Origin: Chitinophagales bacterium
Lineage (GTDB): Bacteria; Bacteroidota; Bacteroidia; Chitinophagales; LD1
DNA length: 64,000 nucleotides
Reading direction: 5' to 3'
Assembly (NCBI GenBank): GCA_039811145.1
Contig: JBDHYB010000016.1
Coordinates: 1,274-65,273 of the forward strand
Position numbers and translations under genes: made by a program. Each line of letters starts with the position of its first letter. Positions within the stretch are counted from its first letter, which is position 1. Below are positions 17,508 to 27,031 of the stretch, piece after piece. The notes under the pieces are model-generated. The model had not been told where the DNA came from. It searched no databases and saw only the letters and a program-made list of their open reading frames with translations.

Positions 17508-19142
17508 ATGAAGAACCTTAACTTTAAGATGCTGCTGCTTTTTGCCCTGGATGCCCCTTTTGCCGGCAAGGCGCAACAAATGGAACACCTGAATGCCAAC
17601 CTTGTAAAGGCCGGAATAGGAATAGGGGGCAATTTGTTTTCAGCCATTGTAGATAGTAATGTAAACAATGCCACCTGGGGGGCCTTCGAAGTACCGGTAG
17701 GTTCAGGGGCAACGTCAGTATTTACCGCAGCAGTATGGTTAACTGCTACCGATGCAAACAATAATGTGCATTGTGCCAGCCAACGTTATAAGGCTGATGA
17801 ACCGGGTTTTACCGATGGGCCTGTTGCCGGCACCTACAATACAGCCTACAACCAGTTTTACAATCGTGTATTTAAAGTAACCAGGCAAGAGGTGAACACT
17901 CACCTGGCCAATAGTTTCCCAATGCAATTGGCGCAGGTTAGTATGCCTGTAAAAATGTGGCCCGGTAAAGGCAATCCGTTTGTAGCTGCCCAGTTTGGAG
18001 TTACAATTGCCGATAGGCTTGCTCCCTTTGTTGACAGCAACAATGATGGCATTTATAACCCGGAGCAGGGAGATTTCCCCCTTATTTGCGGCGATGAAGG
18101 AATCTTTTTTGTGTTTAACAGCCAGCGCAACGGGGTGGACTCCTTTGATTTTGAGATACGCGGTTTAGCAGAAGCATTTGGCGGAAGTGGTTTACAAAAT
18201 GACGCTATAACCAATACTGTTTTTGTAAGCTACGAGATAGAAAATAAATCGGGCAAGAATTACAACGACTTCCGCTTTTCGTTATACGAAGACATTGACT
18301 TAGGATGTTTTGCAAACGACCGTATAGGTTGCGATCCGGGCATGAACTTGATGTTTGGCTATAACGGTACCATTGCCGACCCATCATGTAATGGCAGCAC
18401 CGGTTACATGCCCTACAAAGTAGCGCATGGCGCAAAGTTTCTAAACGCTTCGCTATCATCCTTTGGCTATTTTACCAATGGAGCAGCTTCTTCAATGAGT
18501 GACCCCGGCACCTGCCAGCAATACCGTAACTATGCCACCGGCTTTTGGAGCGATGGCACACCGTTTAGTTTCGGAGGAGTAGGGTATAATACGGGTGGTG
18601 CCACCAGTTTTATTTTCCCCGGTAATCCTTCCGATACCATGCAATGGTCGGAGACCAAGCCTTCAGTAGCGGCTGTACTACCTGCCGGTGACCGTAGGGT
18701 AGTAGGCAGTGTATCTGCACCCACATTCAATGCAGGCGAAACCAGGCATTTTGACATGGCCTTTACTACCTCTTATGATTCGCTCTCTACCCCGCTGGGC
18801 ATAATAGATACCCTTAAACGTGATGAGCTAATCGTACAGAATTTTTACTACAATTCTATTTTGGCCTGCAGGGCTAATAACGGGGTATCGGGCATAAACG
18901 AAGCGGGTAATAACTTCGGATTTGAATTTTCGCCTAACCCTGCTCAAAACGAGATAAGCATACAAAGCCAATTGGCTATTGATGAATTACAACTGCTGGA
19001 TATGCAGGGAAGGGTGGTGTTGAACAGGAAAGCCCCGGGCACTAACAATGTGCTGGATGTATCTGCCGTTGCACCGGGTGTTTATCTGTTGCAATTAAAA
19101 GCGGGCGGTAAAAGCACTTCGAAAAAGCTGGTGATAGAGTAA
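17508..19142 (+). CDS. Secreted protein with a T9SS type-A C-terminal sorting domain; passenger function unknown
   Basis: Start at MKNLNFKMLLLFAL (the track ORF begins at a TTG at 17439). The C-terminus is FSPNPAQNEISIQS...LQLLDMQGRVVL...GVYLLQLKAGGKSTSKKLVIE, typical of por_Secre_tail/T9SS CTD-A. Confidence 0.75.
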   Translation: MKNLNFKMLLLFALDAPFAGKAQQMEHLNANLVKAGIGIGGNLFSAIVDSNVNNATWGAFEVPVGSGATSVFTAAVWLTATDANNNVHCASQRYKADEPGFTDGPVAGTYNTAYNQFYNRVFKVTRQEVNTHLANSFPMQLAQVSMPVKMWPGKGNPFVAAQFGVTIADRLAPFVDSNNDGIYNPEQGDFPLICGDEGIFFVFNSQRNGVDSFDFEIRGLAEAFGGSGLQNDAITNTVFVSYEIENKSGKNYNDFRFSLYEDIDLGCFANDRIGCDPGMNLMFGYNGTIADPSCNGSTGYMPYKVAHGAKFLNASLSSFGYFTNGAASSMSDPGTCQQYRNYATGFWSDGTPFSFGGVGYNTGGATSFIFPGNPSDTMQWSETKPSVAAVLPAGDRRVVGSVSAPTFNAGETRHFDMAFTTSYDSLSTPLGIIDTLKRDELIVQNFYYNSILACRANNGVSGINEAGNNFGFEFSPNPAQNEISIQSQLAIDELQLLDMQGRVVLNRKAPGTNNVLDVSAVAPGVYLLQLKAGGKSTSKKLVIE

Positions 19143-19162
19143 ACTTACAGGTAGGGTTAAAT

Positions 19163-19198
19163 AAAAAGCGGGCACCGAAAGGTTAACCCGCTTTTTTA
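19163..19198. terminator. Bidirectional intrinsic terminator
   Basis: AAAAAGCGGGCACC-GAAA-GGTTAACCCGCTTTTTT lies between convergent genes (the T9SS cargo gene and typA). Confidence 0.8.
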
Positions 19199-19223
19199 TT
19201 TGTGCTGCAGAGCGTTAGCGCTC

Positions 19224-21032
19224 TTAGTTCTTATTCGCGAAACGCTTTCTGTCGTTTTCGTTTAGGTAAATTTTACGCAGACGGATAGATTTTGGAGTAA
19301 CCTCTACGTATTCGTCTTCCTGTATGTATTCCATGGCCTCTTCAAGGCTCATTAGCACCGGTGGAGGTAAGGTTGTTTTATCATCGCTACCCGCAGCGCG
19401 GAAGTTGGTCAACTGCTTGGCAGCAACCAGGTTAAGTACCAGGTCATTGTCCTTGCTATTTTCTCCAATAATCTGTCCTTCGTAAATATCTACACCCGGT
19501 TCAATAAAGAACTTACCGCGGTCTTTCAGTTTATCCATACTGTAAGCAGTAGCACGGCCGGCTTCTTTGGCAATAAGGGTGCCGTTCAGGCGGCCCGGTA
19601 TATCGCCTCTCCATGGTTTGTATTCTTTAAAGCGGTGTGCCATTATAGCTTCACCGGCAGTAGAGTTCAATATAAGTGTACGTAAGCCGATGATGCCGCG
19701 CGAAGGGATTTCAAACTCCAGGTGCATCATATCGCCTTTTGGCTCCATTATCAGCATTTCGCCCTTGCGCTGGGTTAATATCTCAATACAACGGCCGGCA
19801 ACTTCCTCAGGGCAGTCAATAGTCAATATTTCTATTGGCTCATTCTTAACGCCATCAATTTCTTTAGTTATTACACGCGGGTTGCCTATTGAAAGCTCAT
19901 AACCTTCGCGGCGCATAGTTTCAATCAATACAGAAAGGTGAAGGATACCGCGGCCAAACACGCGGAAGGTATCTGCACTTTCAGTATCCTCAACGCGCAA
20001 GGCCAGGTTTTTCTCCAGCTCCTTGTATAAACGCTCGCGTATTTTCTGTGAGGTAACAAACTTGCCTTCCTTACCAAAGAATGGTGAAGTGTTGGTAGTA
20101 AATACCATGCTCATGGTAGGCTCGTCAATATGTATTGGCGGAAGAGCCTCAGGATTTTCGAAATCGGCAATAGTATCACCAATTTCAAAGCCTTCTACAC
20201 CAACCACGGCACAAATATCGCCGCATACAACTTGTTCTACTTTCAGCTTTCCTAAACCGCTAAAGGCGTATAGTTCCTTGATTTTTGACTTTTGGATAGT
20301 GCCATCGCGTTTTACTAATGACACCTGCTGGCCCGATTTTAAAGTGCCGCGGGTAATACGGCCAATCGCAATACGGCCAATATATGACGAGTAATCAAGC
20401 GAGGTTACCTGCATTTGAACAGTACCTTCCTTGATTTGCGGGGCCGGAATGTGACCTATAATGGTATCTAAAAGGTAAACAACGTCCTCGCTTGGGTGGC
20501 GGTAATCTGCTGCCATCCAGCCGCGTTTTGCAGCACCGTAAACAGTAGGGAAGTTTAACTGATCCTCGTTGGCTTCCAAAGCAAACATCAGGTCAAATAC
20601 AGCCTCGTGTACTTCATCGGGGCGGCAGTTTTCCTTATCTACTTTGTTTATCACCAGTATAGGCTTTTTGCCCAATGCCAGCGCTTTTGAAAGCACATAA
20701 CGCGTTTGTGGCATGGGCCCTTCAAAGGCATCTACCAGCAGCAGCACCCCATCGGCCATGTTTAAAACACGCTCCACCTCACCGCCAAAGTCGGCGTGTC
20801 CGGGAGTGTCGATGATGTTAATCTTTATCTCTTTGTACTCTACCGATACGTTTTTCGCTAGAATAGTAATACCCCTTTCTCTTTCTAAATCGTTGTTATC
20901 CAGTATCAATTCGCCGGTCTGCTGGTTTTCGCGGAACAGGGAACACTGGTGGAGAATTTTATCAACCAGAGTAGTTTTACCGTGGTCAACGTGGGCAATA
21001 ATGGCAATGTTGCGGATGTTTTGATTTCTCAT
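19224..21032 (-). CDS. typA: Translational GTPase TypA/BipA
   Basis: NIRNIAIIAHVDHGKTTLVDKIL (G1), DTPGHADFGGEVER (G3), NKVDK (G4). Length ~602 aa, collinear with BipA. The likely start is MRNQNIRN (21032) rather than the extended ORF start at 21056. Confidence 0.9.
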   Translation of the reverse strand: MRNQNIRNIAIIAHVDHGKTTLVDKILHQCSLFRENQQTGELILDNNDLERERGITILAKNVSVEYKEIKINIIDTPGHADFGGEVERVLNMADGVLLLVDAFEGPMPQTRYVLSKALALGKKPILVINKVDKENCRPDEVHEAVFDLMFALEANEDQLNFPTVYGAAKRGWMAADYRHPSEDVVYLLDTIIGHIPAPQIKEGTVQMQVTSLDYSSYIGRIAIGRITRGTLKSGQQVSLVKRDGTIQKSKIKELYAFSGLGKLKVEQVVCGDICAVVGVEGFEIGDTIADFENPEALPPIHIDEPTMSMVFTTNTSPFFGKEGKFVTSQKIRERLYKELEKNLALRVEDTESADTFRVFGRGILHLSVLIETMRREGYELSIGNPRVITKEIDGVKNEPIEILTIDCPEEVAGRCIEILTQRKGEMLIMEPKGDMMHLEFEIPSRGIIGLRTLILNSTAGEAIMAHRFKEYKPWRGDIPGRLNGTLIAKEAGRATAYSMDKLKDRGKFFIEPGVDIYEGQIIGENSKDNDLVLNLVAAKQLTNFRAAGSDDKTTLPPPVLMSLEEAMEYIQEDEYVEVTPKSIRLRKIYLNENDRKRFANKN

Positions 21033-21128
21033 AAAGCGGGCGCGAAGGTAGTGCAATTAACCCGCAAGGCAAAAGGTAATTTACAAATTAGGATGTAAGC
21101 CTTACTAATCTTAGGTTTGTGGCCATTT

Positions 21129-22352
21129 ATGAAGAGATATTGCCTGTTTTTGGCTGCTTTCATCGCTTTTGGAGCAGCTTTCGGCCAAAACACTGCCGAA
21201 ATAAAAAGTGTTATAACCTACCTTGCATCTGATAGTTTACATGGCCGTATGACCGGAAGCAAGGATGAAAGGCTTGCTGCGGACTTTATTATCAGCAAGT
21301 TTAAACAGGCGGGTATAACCAACATTAAAGGCAGTTTTGCCACAAAAGGTTATCTGCAAAAGTTTACGTACCATCCTAAGGTTGACAGCAGCAAAATAGA
21401 AGAGATACATGGCAACAATATTATTGGCTACCTTAATAACCACGCCAAATACACCGTGGTAATAGGCGCGCATTACGACCACTTGGGAATGGGCGATCCA
21501 TCACACTCCCGTTACCGCGGAGAGGCTGCCCCTCACAATGGTGCCGATGACAATGCAAGCGGTGTAGCCACTGTGGTGGAGCTGGCCGGCATGTTAAAAG
21601 CCAATCAAAAGGAAACCAACCACTACAACTACCTGTTTATACTGTTTAGCGGCGAGGAGCTGGGACTGTATGGCTCTAAATGGTTTGTTGAACACCCCAA
21701 GCCTGCCTTAAGCACCCTTAACTATATGCTGAACTTTGATATGGTGGGCCGTATGGATAGCAGTACTCATGTTTTAATTGTAAACGGTATTGGAACTTCG
21801 CCCGCCTGGCCGGCTGCCTTTGATACAAGCAGCGTGCAAATACATTTAAAAACAACTGAAAGCGGCGTGGGCCCATCGGACCATACTTCATTTTATCTTA
21901 AGAATATACCCGTGTTGCACTTTTTTACAGGCCAGCATAAGGATTACCACATGCCAACAGATGATGAAGACAAAATTAATTATGATGGTATGCAGCGGGT
22001 AGTGCGCTTTACATATAACCTTATTAAGGATTTAGATGCGAAGGAGAAATTAACCTTTATTAAAACCAAGGACGACAATAATGATGATGCGCCAAAGTTT
22101 ACTGTAACACTTGGGGTTATGCCCGATTATACCTTTGAGGGAGAAGGCATGCGCATAGATGGGGTAACGGACGGCAAACCGGCATCAAAAGCGGGATTGC
22201 TACAGGGTGATGTGGTAATACAGCTAGGCCCCATTGAAGTTAAAGATATGATGAGCTACATGAAAGGTTTGTCACAATTTAAAAAGGGCGACAAAACCTT
22301 TGTGCGCTTTAAAAGAGGAAAGGAAATTCTACAGCAAGACATTCAGTTTTAA
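21129..22352 (+). CDS. M28-family zinc aminopeptidase with a C-terminal PDZ domain
   Basis: Signal peptide MKRYCLFLAAFIAFGAAFG. M28 metal-ligand motifs (GAHYDH, GADDNASGVATVVELA, FSGEELGLYGS, SDHTSF). PDZ-like C-terminus (KPASKAGLLQGDVVIQLG). Confidence 0.8.
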   Translation: MKRYCLFLAAFIAFGAAFGQNTAEIKSVITYLASDSLHGRMTGSKDERLAADFIISKFKQAGITNIKGSFATKGYLQKFTYHPKVDSSKIEEIHGNNIIGYLNNHAKYTVVIGAHYDHLGMGDPSHSRYRGEAAPHNGADDNASGVATVVELAGMLKANQKETNHYNYLFILFSGEELGLYGSKWFVEHPKPALSTLNYMLNFDMVGRMDSSTHVLIVNGIGTSPAWPAAFDTSSVQIHLKTTESGVGPSDHTSFYLKNIPVLHFFTGQHKDYHMPTDDEDKINYDGMQRVVRFTYNLIKDLDAKEKLTFIKTKDDNNDDAPKFTVTLGVMPDYTFEGEGMRIDGVTDGKPASKAGLLQGDVVIQLGPIEVKDMMSYMKGLSQFKKGDKTFVRFKRGKEILQQDIQF

Positions 22353-23030
22353 TTGGCCCTTATTTTAAATATTGAAACCAGCGCATCTGTTTGCTCGGCG
22401 TGTATTGCGCAAGATGGCAAACTGATTGATTGGCGCGAGAATACCGAGCATAACTCACATGCAAGGGTACTAACATTGCTGATAGAAGATTTAGCGGGAA
22501 AGAATGCCCTCAAACTTTCCCGGTTGGATGCCATAGCCGTTAGCGCCGGCCCCGGCTCATACACGGGCCTGCGTATTGGTGTATCAGTAGCAAAAGGCCT
22601 TTGCTACGGTTTAAATAAACCTTTAATAGCTGTTTCTACACTAAAAGCGCTTGCGCAAGGCATTTTATTGAACCATCCTGCGGAAAATTCTGTTTTAATG
22701 CCTGTAATAGATGCCGGTAGACAGGAAATCTACACGGCCTTGTACAAAACTAATGGCGGGGAAATATGGGAACCAGCGCCGGTAATTGTTGATTCGCAGC
22801 TGGATGAAAGGTTGAGTGTATTTGAAAACATTTACATGGGAGGCAATGCTGTAGATAAGTGTAAAGAGCTGCTGCATGTAAAAAATGTAAAATTTATTGA
22901 AAATATCTTTTTCGACTCAAGATATATGATTAATCTTGCAGAAGAACTTACCACCCAGCGCTGTTTTGAAAACACGGCGTACTTTGAACCTCACTATCTT
23001 AAAGCTTTCCAGAGCAAAAAGCCGGGATAG
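22353..23030 (+). CDS. tsaB: tRNA N6-threonylcarbamoyladenosine (t6A) biosynthesis protein TsaB
   Basis: ILNIETSASVCSACI ... AIAVSAGPGSYTGLRIGVSVAKGL, the characteristic YeaZ/TsaB N-terminus. Apparent TTG start immediately after the upstream stop. Confidence 0.85.
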   Translation: MALILNIETSASVCSACIAQDGKLIDWRENTEHNSHARVLTLLIEDLAGKNALKLSRLDAIAVSAGPGSYTGLRIGVSVAKGLCYGLNKPLIAVSTLKALAQGILLNHPAENSVLMPVIDAGRQEIYTALYKTNGGEIWEPAPVIVDSQLDERLSVFENIYMGGNAVDKCKELLHVKNVKFIENIFFDSRYMINLAEELTTQRCFENTAYFEPHYLKAFQSKKPG

Positions 23031-23129
23031 AACACTAAACGGGAAACATGGATTTTTATTCGTAAGCACCGGCCTCTTTGCTTTGAAATTAAATTATATC
23101 TATTTTTATCATCTAAATCCCTAGTAACT

Positions 23130-23477
23130 ATGGCATCAAAAACAGCAAAAGAGCTGGTAATCACTAAAGAAAGTGGTGGCCAGATCAAGGTGAACTACCC
23201 TCTCCTTAAAAGGGCATCTTTAACGCTACGTGCGTTAAACCATCCTTTAAGAAGGCAAATGGTTCAATTAATTGAGGACAAGCGTAAGCTTACCGTAACT
23301 GAACTTTACGTTAAACTGCGTTTAGAGCAATCTGTTGCATCGCAACACCTTGCTATTCTTCGCCGTGCGCAAATTGTAAAAACACAGCGCGAAGGCAAGT
23401 TTATTTGGTATACTACCAATAAAAAGCGTATTGAAGAAATCAACAAACTGATCAATGCTCTGGCTCAGCCGGAATAG
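23130..23477 (+). CDS. ArsR/SmtB-family winged-helix transcriptional regulator
   Basis: 115 aa. ALNHPLRRQMVQLI...LTVTELYVKLRLEQSVASQHLAILRRAQIVKTQREGKFIWY matches the ArsR HTH-wing layout. There are no obvious metal-binding Cys. Confidence 0.8.
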   Translation: MASKTAKELVITKESGGQIKVNYPLLKRASLTLRALNHPLRRQMVQLIEDKRKLTVTELYVKLRLEQSVASQHLAILRRAQIVKTQREGKFIWYTTNKKRIEEINKLINALAQPE

Positions 23478-23497
23478 CTGATATAGTTATCTTCTTA

Positions 23498-23530
23498 AAA
23501 CAGCCCCGCTACCCGGGGCTGTTTTATTTT
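23498..23530 (+). terminator. Intrinsic terminator
   Basis: ACAGCCCCG-CTACC-CGGGGCTGT followed by TTTTATTTT, 20 nt after the ArsR-family stop. Confidence 0.85.
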
Positions 23531-23583
23531 ACAATAGGCTGAATTGCTTCTTTTTTTGTTTTTTACTACTTTGAGGTCTGGCA

Positions 23584-25452
23584 ATGACCCGGACCCCCCG
23601 ACTGACTTGGCTTTTTATAGTTTTTACGTTTTTGGACACGGTGCTGCTTTTGTTTTCAAAAAGCACCTTCCTGCCTAACTATTTGCTCTTTTCTCCCCTG
23701 GATGTATTTAAGCAATTATATCCTCACTTCTGGTGGCTGGTGTTTGCCGTTGTTAAATTTCATCTGCCCGTTCTATGGCTTGTTGTAGCTGTATTGCTGG
23801 TAAAACACAGAAACACACTTTTGGCAGCCTTTGATAAGGGCTACGCTGTGCTTCTTAACCACATTGATAATGCCACTGAGAGTGTGGACGGGACACTGTT
23901 TTATATGCCGGCAAAGATCGAAAAACGAATGTTGCTGTTTCTGTTTGTTTTAGCTTTTGCAGTGCGTACCGTGTTTATGCTTATGAGCGATAACTTTTTT
24001 AACGGCGACAGCGGCGCAAGGCTGTATATGAGTTACATATGGTCGGTGCAGCCCACTTTTTTTATGGGCTTTGACTGGTTACCGTTGCACTTTTACCTGA
24101 TGGGTGCCGCTATACGCCTTACCGGCGATGTTGTTTGGGCGCCAAGAATGGTTGGGGTGTTGCTTGGTGCGCTAACTATTATTCCTTTCTATTATCTGGT
24201 TAAACGCTACTTCGGCATTTTTATAGCAGTGCTTTCGGCTGTGCTTTTTGTTATGAAGCCTATGCACATCAATCTAAGTGTTGTTACTCTGTCCGAAGTT
24301 CCTTTTGCGTTTTTCATTATTTCAGCCGCAGCACTTTTTGCGGCGTTTGATCAGAACCCGGAGAAGAGAGGAAAGCTTTATATGAGTGCATTATTTCTTG
24401 CCTGTGCTTGTTTTATCCGCTTTGAGGGCTGGTTGTATTGCGCGCTGTTTTTTGCTGTGTTGCTGTATAAGCGCGAAAGCTTTAGTACCCTAATGCGCTA
24501 TGGTTTATTGCTGGCGGTAGCGCCCTGCATAGTATTAGTTTATTCATGGCTGGGCACCGGCGATCCTTTCAGGGGTGTAAGCTTTAGTGATTATGAAGTA
24601 AGGCAATGGGCATATTATCACCATGTATCCAATTTGGATAACCTGAAAAGTGTGCCCAAGGCATTTAGCGGCCTTGCCCTGCTTTTTATACCGGTGGGGA
24701 TTATACTAACCGCCAACAGAAAACGGCTTTTTTATTTGCTAATACTAATTGCGCCATTGCTGATAGTATTATATAAGATGTATATGTTAAGCCTTACCGG
24801 GCAAACCCGTTATCTGTTACTGGCTTCTATACTCGCCCGTCCTTTTTATTTGGTGGCATTGACCTGGATAGTTTCAGTATTTGTGCGGCGCAATGTGGTA
24901 AAATATGCTTTTGTATTTGGCTGCGGCGTTTGGAGCCTTGCTTACAGTTACAGAATACACCTTAAGGAGCCGCTGGTAGAAACACAACAGGCTAATTACC
25001 CCAAGGGGTTTTTAGAGAGTGCCTTATGGGTGAGGGATAGCCTACCCTGCGGCAGCCGCCTGTATGTGGGCAACAAACAAGCCCTGGCCCCTGCATGGTT
25101 TGTGTACAGCAACTCCTGTAAAAGTGAAGATTACGAGTTTAACGGCGAACTGTGCACAGGCGAAAGAAGAATTGAGGCGGAGAAAACATTTTTGCCGGAG
25201 AATGAGGTTACCGGATGGGCTTCGCTTAGTGTTGAATTGGGGGAGGGTTGGAGAAAAGAACATTTACTGCAAGCATTGGAGGCAGACAGGGTTGACTACC
25301 TGGTAGTTTTTAAAAACGGCGCAATGGACAGTATTTTAAACTTTGAGGATAAGGTAGAAGATTTTGAAGGCTACAGGTTTATTAAAAAGGTAGACTTTGA
25401 CGGAAACAAAATTTATGCCTTTAGCGGCCCTATACCGGCAGTTATCTTTTAG
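23584..25452 (+). CDS. Polytopic membrane protein, GT-C fold glycosyltransferase-like (family 39/83-like)
   Basis: 622 aa with more than 10 predicted TM helices and a soluble C-terminal domain of about 150 aa. An acidic first-loop motif (FFNGDSG) and the overall layout resemble ArnT/PMT-type enzymes. The family assignment is tentative. Confidence 0.5.
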   Translation: MTRTPRLTWLFIVFTFLDTVLLLFSKSTFLPNYLLFSPLDVFKQLYPHFWWLVFAVVKFHLPVLWLVVAVLLVKHRNTLLAAFDKGYAVLLNHIDNATESVDGTLFYMPAKIEKRMLLFLFVLAFAVRTVFMLMSDNFFNGDSGARLYMSYIWSVQPTFFMGFDWLPLHFYLMGAAIRLTGDVVWAPRMVGVLLGALTIIPFYYLVKRYFGIFIAVLSAVLFVMKPMHINLSVVTLSEVPFAFFIISAAALFAAFDQNPEKRGKLYMSALFLACACFIRFEGWLYCALFFAVLLYKRESFSTLMRYGLLLAVAPCIVLVYSWLGTGDPFRGVSFSDYEVRQWAYYHHVSNLDNLKSVPKAFSGLALLFIPVGIILTANRKRLFYLLILIAPLLIVLYKMYMLSLTGQTRYLLLASILARPFYLVALTWIVSVFVRRNVVKYAFVFGCGVWSLAYSYRIHLKEPLVETQQANYPKGFLESALWVRDSLPCGSRLYVGNKQALAPAWFVYSNSCKSEDYEFNGELCTGERRIEAEKTFLPENEVTGWASLSVELGEGWRKEHLLQALEADRVDYLVVFKNGAMDSILNFEDKVEDFEGYRFIKKVDFDGNKIYAFSGPIPAVIF

Positions 25453-25453
25453 G

Positions 25454-26443
25454 CTACTTTAAGTGTGTAGCAAGGTAAGTGGCCACGCGCTTCTTTACGT
25501 TTTCTCTTATATCGTACCAAAACAAGTTGTAGTCAGCAATATGCAGGTTAGTCATGCCGCTGACAATAGGCATTTTGGTTTTAACCCATAAGTGGTGGTC
25601 GCGTATCTGCGTTTCGCAGGCTTGCTTATACTCTTTGTTAAAATCCAGCAGCATGCCGCCCATACTTTTGCTTTTATCAATAGTTATGGTATCGCTGCTC
25701 CAGGTAACGGGGTTTACACAAATGTTACCGTATAGCTGACTCAATACCGGGTTATATCCTTTTTTAAAAGAAGCCCATGTAACGTAACACTCGGTTTCTG
25801 CAGGCCTGCTGCAAGGCTTTAAATTCACATACATGGTATCGTAGATGGCATAGCCAACAAGGTAGGCGGCCACTAATTGAGTTTTTAAGGCCGTAGTATC
25901 AAAATAATCTTTCATCAGCCTGCGCGAATGGTACGTCCCTTGGCTATGTGAGGCAATTATTATTGGCCTGCCATTATTATAATGTTTCAGGTAGTATTCA
26001 AAGGCGCGCTTAACATCGCTGTAAGCAATATCAAAGGCAGCTTTTGAGTTTTCGGGTTTGGCGTAGAAAGCGCGTATATGGGCCTGCCTGTAACGCGGAG
26101 CATACACGCGGCAACTGGCATTAAAAACGCTGGCCTGGTAACGCACCGGTTTGCTGTCAATGCGCTTATTCAGTTTTTTATTTGCCACATCAGCATTCCA
26201 CCCCTTACCTTTCATAAACATGGTGGGGTATATGTAAAACACATCTACCTCTTTTAGCGAATCGCTTACCCACGGCTCGTTATCGGGATGGGCATCACCG
26301 GCATCCTCTCTAAAAGGAAGCACGCTCCAGTTCTTTGCATCACTGTAATCCGGCGCTGCAGGGGCCTTGGCATCAATTGAATTTTCCTGAGCGTTAACGA
26401 AAACGCCGGTTAAGGTTAACAGCAACAGCAGGTAGTTTTTCAT
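25454..26443 (-). CDS. Secreted alpha/beta hydrolase, DUF3089-like
   Basis: Signal peptide. Nucleophile elbow SHSQG in IIIASHSQGTYH. Size 329 aa. The DUF3089 assignment is from memory of the family pattern. Confidence 0.55.
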   Translation of the reverse strand: MKNYLLLLLTLTGVFVNAQENSIDAKAPAAPDYSDAKNWSVLPFREDAGDAHPDNEPWVSDSLKEVDVFYIYPTMFMKGKGWNADVANKKLNKRIDSKPVRYQASVFNASCRVYAPRYRQAHIRAFYAKPENSKAAFDIAYSDVKRAFEYYLKHYNNGRPIIIASHSQGTYHSRRLMKDYFDTTALKTQLVAAYLVGYAIYDTMYVNLKPCSRPAETECYVTWASFKKGYNPVLSQLYGNICVNPVTWSSDTITIDKSKSMGGMLLDFNKEYKQACETQIRDHHLWVKTKMPIVSGMTNLHIADYNLFWYDIRENVKKRVATYLATHLK

Positions 26444-26480
26444 CAGGCTTTCCTATTTTAGCTAAATCAAAATTTAAACA

Positions 26481-26987
26481 ATGGCACTAAGGTTTGCAAA
26501 AATACTTTTCGGTTTTATAATTCTGATTCAAATTGCAAGTTGCGAAAGGCGCACTTGCACCGATGTGGTTTGCGGGGTTAACCAGCAATGTTCGCAGGGC
26601 AACTGTTACTGCCAGGATGGTTACGAGGGCAGTAATTGCAATACCGAGAGCGCACAAAAATACGTGGGCAATTACAACGTTAGCGAGGCTTGCTATTCTT
26701 CTACTTCCAACTTCTTTAACTACACCTGCTACATAACTGCGGACCCTTTTTACATTAACCGCGTGCAGATAAACAACCTTTTTGGCCAAACCACGGCTAC
26801 AGGCGTGATACATACCGACCAGAACAATTTGGGCAACTATATAGAAATACCACAGCAGCAGCAGGGCAGCCTGGTATTTTCGGGCACGGGCAATTACGAC
26901 CCCCAGCTAAACCGCATGACCATTAACTTCAATTATACCTTTAACGGCGGCAGCTACCAGTGTACGCATACCTTCTACAAGTTTTAG
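26481..26987 (+). CDS. Lipoprotein with an EGF-like Cys-rich N-terminal module, function unknown
   Basis: Lipobox IQIASC followed by CTDVVCGVNQQCSQGNCYCQDGYEGSNC, an EGF-like 6-Cys pattern. 168 aa. Confidence 0.5.
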   Translation: MALRFAKILFGFIILIQIASCERRTCTDVVCGVNQQCSQGNCYCQDGYEGSNCNTESAQKYVGNYNVSEACYSSTSNFFNYTCYITADPFYINRVQINNLFGQTTATGVIHTDQNNLGNYIEIPQQQQGSLVFSGTGNYDPQLNRMTINFNYTFNGGSYQCTHTFYKF

Positions 26988-27031
26988 TTTAGCCGCACGC
27001 AATTGCAATTCAATTATATCTTTGGAAGCGA

